This document shows, in pieces, positions 26,344-34,755 of a DNA stretch of 64,000 nucleotides (position 1 is the first letter of the stretch; each line of letters begins with the position of its first letter). Source of the stretch: an uncultured Clostridia bacterium (lineage in GTDB: Bacteria; Bacillota; Clostridia; Christensenellales; UBA1242); assembly GCA_944349515.1 (NCBI GenBank), contig CALVNE010000003.1, forward strand, positions 3,331 to 67,330, in the 5' to 3' direction. Under the pieces are notes generated by a model that was not told where the DNA came from, did not search any database, and saw only the letters and a program-made list of their open reading frames with translations. The translations under genes and the position numbers were made by a program.

Positions 26344-27261
26344 ATGTCAGTTATTTCAATGAAACAACTTCTTGAGGCTGGTGTTCATTTCGGTCACCAA
26401 ACAAGAAAGTGGAACCCAAAGATGAAGGAATACATCTTCACTGCAAGAAATGATATTCACATCTTAAATCTGGAACTCACATCAGAGCAAATCGACAAGG
26501 CGTACAGTTTTGTTCGCGATGTTGTGGCTTCCGGAAAGAGCGTGCTTTTTGTTGGAACAAAGAAGCAAGCACAAGAGGCAGTTAAGGAAGAGGCAGAGCG
26601 TTGTGGAATGTTCTATGTCAACACTCGTTGGCTCGGCGGAACTTTGACTAACTTCAAAACAATCAGAAACAGAATTGAGAGATTAAACAAACTCAATCAA
26701 ATGGAAAAGGTGGGCGAATTCGACCTTCTTCCTAAGAAAGAGGTTGCTCTTTTAAAACAAGAAAGAGATAAACTCGAAAAGAACCTCGGCGGAATTAAGG
26801 ATATGCATGAACTTCCGGGCGTACTTTTCGTTGTTGACCCAACCAACGAAAAAATTTGCGTTCATGAAGCAAACATCTTAAACATTCCGGTTGTATCGCT
26901 TGTTGACACAAACTGCGACCCATCAAATGTCACAGTGGTAATTCCTGGAAATGACGATGCTATCCGCTCGGTTAAACTCATTGCAAGCGCGATTGCAGAC
27001 GCTGTTATCGAAGCAAGAGAGGGTGTTTCTATGCAGAAGAACGAAGAAGAGGAAGACGAGAAGGTTGACCTTGAAAGTTTGCTCACAGAGGCTAAGCCTA
27101 GCCTAGAACTTGCCGAGGCAGGCGAAGAGGTTAAAAAGAAAAAACCTAAGAAAAAGCCGGCTAAAAAGGTAGAAAAAACCGAAAAGGTTGAAGATAGCAA
27201 AGAAGAAAAGAAAGAAGAAGTAAAAGAAGAAAAAGTAGAAGAAAATAAAGACGCTGAGTAA
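26344..27261 (+). CDS. rpsB: 30S ribosomal protein S2 with K/E-rich C-terminal extension
   Basis: 305 aa. [22 protein letters not shown].. AGGAGG RBS. Confidence 0.95.
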   Translation: MSVISMKQLLEAGVHFGHQTRKWNPKMKEYIFTARNDIHILNLELTSEQIDKAYSFVRDVVASGKSVLFVGTKKQAQEAVKEEAERCGMFYVNTRWLGGTLTNFKTIRNRIERLNKLNQMEKVGEFDLLPKKEVALLKQERDKLEKNLGGIKDMHELPGVLFVVDPTNEKICVHEANILNIPVVSLVDTNCDPSNVTVVIPGNDDAIRSVKLIASAIADAVIEAREGVSMQKNEEEEDEKVDLESLLTEAKPSLELAEAGEEVKKKKPKKKPAKKVEKTEKVEDSKEEKKEEVKEEKVEENKDAE

Positions 27262-27447
27262 GTTTAAACTTTAAAATTACCGCGTAAAAAACTTACCATT
27301 TTAAGGCACAAAAGTGGTTATCACTTAAAGCGCCAAGCAAAAATTGTTTTTAAATAGGCGCTTTCCTTTAGGCGGAAACAATGTTTACTAGAGATAAAAG
27401 CGCTTGAGGTTTAACACAAAAAATTAATTTTTAAAAGGAGATATGTT

Positions 27448-28107
27448 ATGAGTTTTACTGCACAAGATGTTGCAAAATTAAGACAACAAACCGGCGTTGG
27501 TATGATGGAGTGCAAAAAGGCGCTCACAGAATCCAATGGCGATTTTGAAAAGGCGATTGTTATCCTTCGCGAAAGAGGCTTGAAGGCGGTTGACAAAAAG
27601 CAAAGCAGAATTGCTTCCGAGGGGCTTGTTGCTTCCTATATCCACATGGGTGGAAGAATCGGCGTTTTGGTTGAGGTTAACTGCGAAACCGATTTCGTGG
27701 CTAAGAGCGAAGATTTCCAGGTTTTAGTTAAGGATATTGCTATGCAAATTGCCGCTGCAAACCCTAAATATGTTCGCGAAGAGGAAGTGGACCCAGCAGA
27801 ACTTGAAAAGGAAAAGGAAATTTTGAAGGCGCAAGCGCTTAACGAGGGCAAACCTGCAAGCATCGTTGAAAGAATGATTGAAGGAAGAATTAAAAAGTAT
27901 TATGAGGACGTTTGCCTTTTAAATCAGCCTTTTGTTAAGGATAGCAGTAAAACAATTAAAGATGTCCTAACTGAGGCAACCTTAAAAATTGGCGAGAAGA
28001 TTTCGGTTAGACGTTTTGTTCGTTACGAACTTGGCGAAGGACTTGAAAAAAGAAACGAGAACCTTGCCGAAGAGGTTGCAAAGCAAGTTGCAAGCGTTAA
28101 CAAGTAA
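27448..28107 (+). CDS. tsf: translation elongation factor Ts (short form)
   Basis: 219 aa. ..VAKLRQQTGVGMMECKKAL.., ..IGVLVEVNCETDFVAK.. Confidence 0.95.
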   Translation: MSFTAQDVAKLRQQTGVGMMECKKALTESNGDFEKAIVILRERGLKAVDKKQSRIASEGLVASYIHMGGRIGVLVEVNCETDFVAKSEDFQVLVKDIAMQIAAANPKYVREEEVDPAELEKEKEILKAQALNEGKPASIVERMIEGRIKKYYEDVCLLNQPFVKDSSKTIKDVLTEATLKIGEKISVRRFVRYELGEGLEKRNENLAEEVAKQVASVNK

Positions 28108-28108
28108 G

Positions 28109-28146
28109 AAAAAGGATAAAGCCTAATAGGTTTTATCCTTTTTCTT
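28109..28146 (+). terminator. rho-independent terminator of tsf
   Basis: AAAGGATAAA ... TTTATCCTTT stem with a trailing T-run, 2 nt after the stop. Confidence 0.8.
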
Positions 28147-28292
28147 AGTGAAGGGAAAGACTGCGTCTTTCCAGTGAAGGTGAACCATTGGTTCACAGTG
28201 AAGGCGAGGCGGTGCCTCGCAGTGAAGGGAAATCAAAGATTTCCAGTTGTGGAAGATTTTAGAAAGTGAAGAGTTGTGGTAGGTTAAGAGTG
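28147..28292 (+). repeat. AGTGAAGG-hairpin tandem array (4 units plus full tail)
   Basis: AGTGAAGG at 28147, 28173, 28197 and 28221; AGTTGTGG at 28245. The tail AAGATTTTAGAAAGTGAAGAGTTGTGGTAGG.. runs into the stop of the truncated GT2 gene. Confidence 0.95.
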
Positions 28293-28580
28293 AATATCAT
28301 CTTGGTCACAGCAGGCATAGTAGTCAAATGTTGAAGGAGCATTTTGGATAAGGGTGGCAAAACTTTTCCCGAACCCTAAATTCCCCCTCCCACAAGATAT
28401 ATCGATAGGGAAACCTTTCTTTTTATATTTCTCTAAAATTTGAACAGTCTTATCCGAACTTCCGTCATCGCGCACAAACAGTGTGAGGTTGACGTCTTTT
28501 TGATTAAACACACTATCTAAAAGTTCGCGCAGATATTTTTCACCGTTGTAAGTGCTTAAAAGAACTGCCACGTTATTCAT
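28284..28580 (-). pseudogene. 5' fragment of a family-2 glycosyltransferase gene (truncated just after the DxD motif)
   Basis: MNNVAVLLSTYNGEKYL..VRDDGSSD..CDQDDI then HS-stop. Only 98 aa against roughly 300 expected. AAGGAG RBS before the ATG at 28580. Confidence 0.75.
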
Positions 28581-28653
28581 ATATATCTCCTTTATTTCAA
28601 TAATCATTATATCATTCTCAATATTGTCTTTCAAAGTAATTGCAACAATTTAC

Positions 28654-28686
28654 GAAAAAAGTTGAACGATTATGTTCAACTTTTTT
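28654..28686 (-). terminator. rho-independent terminator of rpmB
   Basis: GTTGAAC-GATTAT-GTTCAAC flanked by A6/T6, directly after the rpmB stop on the minus strand. Confidence 0.75.
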
Positions 28687-28861
28687 AGTTAGCCTTTTTG
28701 TTGGCGGTTTTGATGCATTTTGTGCAAGCCCTAACTCTTTTTCCGTTAATTTCGGTTTCTTGAAGATTAACATCATATTTTCTTGGAGCCTTATTATTGG
28801 CATGGCTGACAGTTTTGCCGTCCATCTTGCCTTTTCCGCAGATTTCACAAACTCTACTCAT
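28685..28861 (-). CDS. rpmB: 50S ribosomal protein L28
   Basis: 58 aa, hand-translated: MSRVCEICGKGKMDGKTVSHANNKAPRKYDVNLQETEINGKRVRACTKCIKTANKKAN. AGGAG RBS. Below the ORF-track size cutoff; the listed 28618..28848 ORF is the wrong frame. Confidence 0.9.
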   Translation of the reverse strand: MSRVCEICGKGKMDGKTVSHANNKAPRKYDVNLQETEINGKRVRACTKCIKTANKKAN

Positions 28862-29702
28862 TTCCTTTCTCCTTTTATAATTTTATTTACGCGTTTTATT
28901 TTAGCACACTTTATTTAAAAAATCAACTGTTTTCGTCATTTTGTTTGCCTTTTTTAATTATTTAGGTAGTCCGCGCGCCTTTATACCACTTTTAAATAGT
29001 CTTTTGCTAGTTTCTAAGCCGAGTTTTCGAAGGTCGATGTTTTTTAACGAAGAGAGAATAAGTTAGTCCCTGCTTTCATACCATATTAATAGGTCGAGTT
29101 GGGCGGATGGCTTTAAAGAGTCGAGGCTTATTCAAACTTTATAATATCTATGTGCGCAATCTTTTATTTAAAATTTGACGGCGGGCATGACAACGGGCGC
29201 TGTGTGTAAATTTTAAAATTAGTGGCGGGCGATGTATATAAATTTGGGCGTTCGCTTGACCTTGCGAAGATATGGTAAATTGCTTTTTTGAAACAAAATT
29301 AAAATTTGCCTTTTTAATTTTATCATCATGCGGGTGGCGCTTGTGGGGCAGAGTTTGTGCCTTTATCCTCTCAGTATTTATATTTCAAATTTAGCGCTAA
29401 CCACTAAAATGGCGTAAAGCATTTGATTTTTGTTGAATTTTGCAAAATGCGCCTTGATTATTTTTTCAAAAATAAACAATAAGATAAAAAATGAAAAAAA
29501 TTTTGCATAATTTTTGAAAAAAATATTTTTTTTGCTTAAAATTACTTGCGGAAAAATAGACAATGTTGTATCATATACTTAGGCATAAAGTTAATATTTT
29601 GGCAAGCATTTAATTTGATGTTTGCCCGAAGCCTATGCGCACGATTGGGCTTTGAATTATTCTCAAAAGCCACTAAGGTGCATCTCTTTGTGGAGGATTC
29701 TT

Positions 29703-30053
29703 TTGACCGTAGACACCAAAAACTATTATGGAAATATCTCGATTAGCGACAAGGCGATACGCACTGTCGCTGGTTTTGTTGCCATGGATTGTTATGGTGT
29801 GGTCGACCTTGTTTCAAAGAATATTAAAGACAGCGCTCGCGAGTTTTTCAAAAAGGAATCCTATTCGCGCGGTGTTACTGTCAGTCATATCGACAACCGA
29901 ATTTTCATCGACATACATTGCATTTTGAAGTATGGCGTTTCTATCTCTGCGGTTGCCGAATCGTTAAAAAAATCAGTTAAATATACAATTGAAAACTTCA
30001 CAGGCATGATTGTTGACACTGTGAATGTTCACGTTGTTGGCGTTAGAGTTTAG
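29703..30053 (+). CDS. Asp23/Gls24 family protein (YloU-like)
   Basis: ..NYYGNISISDKAIRTVAGFVAMDCYGVV.. Proposed TTG start at 29703, 5 nt after GGAGGA. Upstream of the DAK2 gene, as yloU-yloV. Confidence 0.75.
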   Translation: MTVDTKNYYGNISISDKAIRTVAGFVAMDCYGVVDLVSKNIKDSAREFFKKESYSRGVTVSHIDNRIFIDIHCILKYGVSISAVAESLKKSVKYTIENFTGMIVDTVNVHVVGVRV

Positions 30054-30064
30054 GAGTTAGTTTT

Positions 30065-31699
30065 ATGCAAAAATCGATTAACGGTGCGTCGTTCCGCAAA
30101 ATGGTGCTTGCGGGCGTCAGCCTTTTAGAACAAAATAAAGAGTATATTGATTCACTTAATGTTTTCCCTGTGCCGGACGGTGACACGGGTACGAATATGT
30201 TTCTCACAATGAAGTCTGCGATGACGGAGATAAATAAGTGCATGAATAACGATATGTCCGCGCTTTCCGAGGCATTCAGTAAGGGCGCACTTCGCGGGGC
30301 GAGGGGAAACAGCGGTGTTATAACCTCTCAAATTTTCAAAGGCTTTTGTTCAGTGACCGCCGGTTGCAAGGAGATTTCCACCAAAGATTTTGCTAAAGCC
30401 ATGCAAGAGGGCGCTACCATTGCTTACAAAGCGGTGACCAAACCGAAAGAGGGAACCATTTTAACCGTGATTCGTGTTATGGCGGAAAACGCTGTGGCAC
30501 TCGCAAAAAAGCACGAGGACTTTGAGGTTTTCCTTAAAAAAGTTATCGACACCGGTGAGGAGATTTTGAAGCAGACTCCAGAAATGCTGCCTGTGCTTAA
30601 AAAAGCGGGTGTGGTAGACTCCGGCGGGCGCGGTATTTTGGTGATTTTTACCGGCTTCTATCGCTACATCATGGGCGATGAGGACCTCGAGATAACTTTC
30701 GAGGACGATAAACAGCCTCAAAGCGTTGACGATGTGATTGCCGACATCAACAACCTTGGTGACATTGAGTTTGGCTACTGCACCGAGTATATGATTATCC
30801 ATATGCACAAAAAGACCACCGAGGTTGACATCGACAAACTCCGCGAAAAACTTATGGAAATAGGCGATTCGGTTATCTGTATCGGCGATTTGTCGCTTGT
30901 TAAAGTACACGTGCATACCAACGAACCTAATAAGGCGCTTGGCTATGCGCTGGAACTTGGCGAACTTTTCAACTTGAAGATTGAAAATATGCGCGAGCAG
31001 AACCGCGAACTTAAAAAGAAGGCTCAGGCGGTGGAAGAGAGCAAGGAAATGGGCATGATTTCGGTTGCTCCGGGCGACGGGCTTGCCTCCATTTTCCGCG
31101 ACCTTACCGTGGACGAAATTATTGTGGGCGGGCAAACTATGAACCCAAGCGCAGAGGATATCGCCAATGCTGCCGACAAGGTGCCGGCAAGAACGGTTTT
31201 TGTTTTCCCTAACAACAAAAATATTGTGCTTGCAGCAGAGCAGGCAAACGATGTGACAAATAAAAATTTGGTGATCATTCCAACCAAAAGTGTGCCGGAA
31301 GGTATTTCGGCGGCGATTGCGTTTAACCCTGAGGCTAGTGTGGAGGAGAATAAAACCGCCATGCTCGACGCCATCAAGTCGGTGCGCTCTGGGCAAGTGA
31401 CATATGCTGTTCGCGACACTCATGTGGACGGCTTTGACCTTAGAAAGGGCGAGATTATCGGCTTGGACGATAAGGCGATCTTAGCAAAAGGCAACTTAGT
31501 GGGTGACACAACCGAAAAACTTATCGAATCAATGTTTGACGACAGCATTATAAACATCACCCTCTTTTACGGCGAAGATATTCGCGAGGACGAGGCGAAC
31601 GCTCTTCAAGAAAAACTTGCTGAGAAATATCCAGAGTGTGAGGTGACCGTGGCAAATGGCGGGCAACCGGTTTATTACTACATCATTTCGCTGGAGTAA
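30065..31699 (+). CDS. DAK2 domain fusion protein (YloV-like)
   Basis: 544 aa. N-terminal DhaL-type ..LNVFPVPDGDTGTNM.. and ..RGNSGVI.. C-terminal DegV-like half. Confidence 0.9.
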   Translation: MQKSINGASFRKMVLAGVSLLEQNKEYIDSLNVFPVPDGDTGTNMFLTMKSAMTEINKCMNNDMSALSEAFSKGALRGARGNSGVITSQIFKGFCSVTAGCKEISTKDFAKAMQEGATIAYKAVTKPKEGTILTVIRVMAENAVALAKKHEDFEVFLKKVIDTGEEILKQTPEMLPVLKKAGVVDSGGRGILVIFTGFYRYIMGDEDLEITFEDDKQPQSVDDVIADINNLGDIEFGYCTEYMIIHMHKKTTEVDIDKLREKLMEIGDSVICIGDLSLVKVHVHTNEPNKALGYALELGELFNLKIENMREQNRELKKKAQAVEESKEMGMISVAPGDGLASIFRDLTVDEIIVGGQTMNPSAEDIANAADKVPARTVFVFPNNKNIVLAAEQANDVTNKNLVIIPTKSVPEGISAAIAFNPEASVEENKTAMLDAIKSVRSGQVTYAVRDTHVDGFDLRKGEIIGLDDKAILAKGNLVGDTTEKLIESMFDDSIINITLFYGEDIREDEANALQEKLAEKYPECEVTVANGGQPVYYYIISLE

Positions 31700-31956
31700 A
31701 TTATGTTTTAATGTTTTTTGGATATCTGTTTAGGCATAATAATGTGTATAAAAAAGTAAACCAAAAGTAAAATTTGAATATTGAGCGCAAGCAAATGCCT
31801 TTATTATAGGATAAGGCGGGCGCTCCTTTTTTATGTAATTTATCAAAAATCTATGTTTCTTTAGTTATATTAAAATAACAAAGTGTGCAATTATATAATT
31901 TGGTTTGCGTTATAAAATGCTTTTTGTGTTTAAAATAAGGAAAGATAAAATTTTTA

Positions 31957-31984
31957 TTGACATTTTTCGATTTTGTGGTACAAT
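31957..31984 (+). promoter_or_regulatory. sigmaA-type promoter of the 628-aa orphan gene
   Basis: TTGACA, 16-nt spacer, extended -10 TGgTACAAT. AGAGGTAGG RBS before the ATG at 32002. Confidence 0.55.
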
Positions 31985-32001
31985 AAATGTAAGAGGTAGG
32001 A

Positions 32002-33888
32002 ATGGATAACTTTTCAAGGGAAAGCGAAATCATTGAATTTGCGGAAAAATATTTCGCCATGAGCGCCGACGAGGCGGAACAGGCGCTTTTAAAGACCAAG
32101 GCTAAAAAGTTCTATAACGAAAGTTATCTGTACGCAGTTTTAAGTGCCATTAAGCCGTATTTCGATAGGTTCATAGCCCTAACGCCCGTTGACCTTCAAC
32201 GCAAGATTGGCAGAGTGGCGTTTGAAAATTTGAATTTTTTCGACATTTCTCAGTATGAAAAGCCGGGCGACATCTTTTTGCGCCTTCGCAAGTTTTTTGA
32301 GGAAACCAGCGACTTTGGAATAAATCCGTATAAAATTTTTTACTCCTCTGTCATCTCAAAGGCGCACCTTTTCTATAATAAGGAGGGGCAGTGCAGTAAT
32401 TTTAAAAGCGATACCGCTAACTTCAAGGCGGTGTCAAGCGCCATTTCGCGTCAACTTGGCATTGATAAAAAGAAAGTGGCGAAGATGTATGAAAGGTGTT
32501 CCACCCTTTGCTATAAGGTTGATGTTGTGAAGGTGAGCGATAACTACACCGCTTTGAGGCTTCTTTTCATAAATTCTCGACCGCTACTAGACGGCGTGGA
32601 GGTAAAGGAAATTTTGCGAAACAATCCAACTCTTTACGCTTGCTCTAAAAGCACCATTTCTTTGGCTTTTTCCTATCTAAAAGAAAAGGCGGAAATCTAC
32701 AAGGCGCGTACTAAAGACGAGCGTAACCTTTCTGAGATTTTGGCGTCATGGATAAAGAACAACTCTACGGCACTCGCACTAAATGTGAAAGGTATGCGAG
32801 AAAAAGAGGGCGCGCTTACCAAGTTTTTACAGACCTTTGCAAGTAAAAGCGAGGTAGACGCTGTTATAAATTCCATTTTTGACAACCCAACAAACATCTG
32901 CGCGATAAACAAAATTTCAAGCGACACCTTTTTCAAAAACAACAACTACATATCGACTATTAGAACCCTCATCACTTACCTTGACAACGATAGCGGATGC
33001 CCGGTGAACACCATAAGATATCTAATGAAGTCGAAACTTGTATATTCGGTGGACGGCGAGAGATTGAAACAATTTTTGGAAAAAGTTAAAGACGCCGACC
33101 AACTTAATAAAACAAATATCATGCAAAAATTTGCGGAACGTGGCGACGCCGTTTTTGGCTATTTCAACAAGTTTACCGATGAGCAGATTATCGAAAAACT
33201 CATGACAAACAAGATTCTTTTCCCAATCAAACTCTACAACATGACCAAATCGGCTATTGCACAGAAGTTTTATGAGGTATTTTCGAATAATGCCGATGGA
33301 AATTTCGAGTATTTTAACCGACTTTTACGAAAGAACTATTACTATGAAATCATATGCCGAAATTTAGATTTCGCCGAGGAGTACCTTCGCGAATTTGATT
33401 TCGATTTGCGTGAAAAGGCTGACCTTAGGGGTGTGGCTGAGAACATCAAAAACGCCGTGCTTTCCTTTACAAGTGCCTATGTTGAATACGCCGACCGCTA
33501 TATTAAAACAACCATGCGCGAGGACGTGAAGGACTATCAAATGGCGGTTCGAGGCGTTAAAAAAGAGATTGAAAACCTCTATAATGAAGGCGCTATTTTG
33601 GCGCGAGAGCGATACGAAAATGTCGACGAATTATACGAAACTTTCAAGAAAAACACGGAAGAAAAGTTATCTATTCATAACAATCCTATTTTTCGGCGCG
33701 ATAACTTTTTAAGGAAGTTAATGGAGGCGTCTAAGGTGCTTGAAAAGGACGCCACTACAAGGCAACTTACAATCTATGACAACTTCACCATCGACAAGGA
33801 TAAAGAGGAGGCTTACAAATCTTTGAAAACTGCGCTTAACAGTATGCTTGCTCTTCAAAAGCATGAAGGCGAAAAAGTTAAGGTTTAA
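32002..33888 (+). CDS. hypothetical large alpha-helical protein (no family recognised; weak mTERF-like repeat flavour)
   Basis: 628-aa uninterrupted ORF with its own promoter, RBS and terminator. Helix-rich, no TM, no catalytic motif seen. Confidence 0.65.
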   Translation: MDNFSRESEIIEFAEKYFAMSADEAEQALLKTKAKKFYNESYLYAVLSAIKPYFDRFIALTPVDLQRKIGRVAFENLNFFDISQYEKPGDIFLRLRKFFEETSDFGINPYKIFYSSVISKAHLFYNKEGQCSNFKSDTANFKAVSSAISRQLGIDKKKVAKMYERCSTLCYKVDVVKVSDNYTALRLLFINSRPLLDGVEVKEILRNNPTLYACSKSTISLAFSYLKEKAEIYKARTKDERNLSEILASWIKNNSTALALNVKGMREKEGALTKFLQTFASKSEVDAVINSIFDNPTNICAINKISSDTFFKNNNYISTIRTLITYLDNDSGCPVNTIRYLMKSKLVYSVDGERLKQFLEKVKDADQLNKTNIMQKFAERGDAVFGYFNKFTDEQIIEKLMTNKILFPIKLYNMTKSAIAQKFYEVFSNNADGNFEYFNRLLRKNYYYEIICRNLDFAEEYLREFDFDLREKADLRGVAENIKNAVLSFTSAYVEYADRYIKTTMREDVKDYQMAVRGVKKEIENLYNEGAILARERYENVDELYETFKKNTEEKLSIHNNPIFRRDNFLRKLMEASKVLEKDATTRQLTIYDNFTIDKDKEEAYKSLKTALNSMLALQKHEGEKVKV

Positions 33889-34038
33889 AATTGAAATGAG
33901 ATAAGCAACATCAGCAATCATTATCATTTTAAAACAAAAAATATATATAAAACCAAATAGATATAAAATATAAAACCTAATAATATTAAACCAACTTATC
34001 AAAATTTATCAATTAGATTATATTGTTAAGAGCAACAG

Positions 34039-34063
34039 AGGTGACAATTTTCGTCACCTTTTA
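34039..34063 (+). terminator. rho-independent terminator
   Basis: AGGTGAC-AATTTTC-GTCACCT followed by a T-rich run. Confidence 0.55.
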
Positions 34064-34177
34064 CTATTTTTACTGATGAGATTTTTCCTTCTTCTCAAGT
34101 TATTTTTATTATTTTATCATTTTGTTTGCAAATATTTTTCATTTATATTATAATACCTCTGTTATAAGGAGAAATTT

Positions 34178-34744
34178 ATGAATGAAATGGTTGATGAAAT
34201 TTTTTCATCACTAAAAAACGACCTAGAAAAAGCATATTCCCACCAGCAAGATGAATATCTTGTTATAAGGGCGGGACGCGCAAATCCGCATATCCTCGAC
34301 AAGGTTGTGGTGGAGTATTACGGCGTGATGACGCCAATTAACCAAATGGGAACTATCTCGGTGTCTGAGGCGAGAATTTTGAATATCAACATTTGGGACG
34401 CCAGTCAAATCAAAAATGTTGTTAAGGCAATCAACCAAGCGGACATCGGCATTTCACCTACCGACGACGGCAAAACAATTAGGCTTGTTTTTCCGGCGCT
34501 CACCGAAGAGCGAAGAAAGGAAATTTGCAAAAATGTTCGCAAAATTTGCGAGGAAACCAAGGTTGCCATGCGAAACGCTAGGCGCGATTCCCTTGATATG
34601 CTTAAAGACTTGAAGAAGGATAACGCTCTCTCTGAGGATGAGTTTGCGGGGTTTGAAAAGGACGTGCAGAAGATGATTGATAAGTATACTGGGCTTGCTG
34701 ACGCGCTTGCAGACGAGAAAGAGGACGAGGTTATGAAAGTCTAA
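34178..34744 (+). CDS. frr: ribosome recycling factor
   Basis: 188 aa. ..IRAGRANPHILDKVVVEYYG..TPINQ.. Confidence 0.95.
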   Translation: MNEMVDEIFSSLKNDLEKAYSHQQDEYLVIRAGRANPHILDKVVVEYYGVMTPINQMGTISVSEARILNINIWDASQIKNVVKAINQADIGISPTDDGKTIRLVFPALTEERRKEICKNVRKICEETKVAMRNARRDSLDMLKDLKKDNALSEDEFAGFEKDVQKMIDKYTGLADALADEKEDEVMKV

Positions 34745-34755
34745 GTGGGAGTTAT

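Noticed and set aside
28618-28848. The 76-aa minus-strand ORF listed in the track.
   Set aside because: It is the wrong reading frame. The real gene on this strand is rpmB (28685..28861), whose translation gives a canonical L28 sequence with an RBS.
29378-29746. Short ORFs 29378..29563 (minus), 29546..29746 (plus), and the N-terminal extension of the 29622 ORF.
   Set aside because: These are AT-rich or low-complexity translations without an RBS. The Asp23-family homology begins only near 29703, where a GGAGGA-TTG start fits.
30461-31423. A 320-aa minus-strand ORF inside yloV, and similar long antisense ORFs (23344..23913, 37671..38210, 40057..40584, 40797..41324, 44014..44493, 51123..51575).
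   Set aside because: All lie fully inside well-supported sense genes and have odd amino-acid composition (His/Arg/Phe/Ser-rich). They have no RBS and no recognisable domains. These are shadow ORFs.
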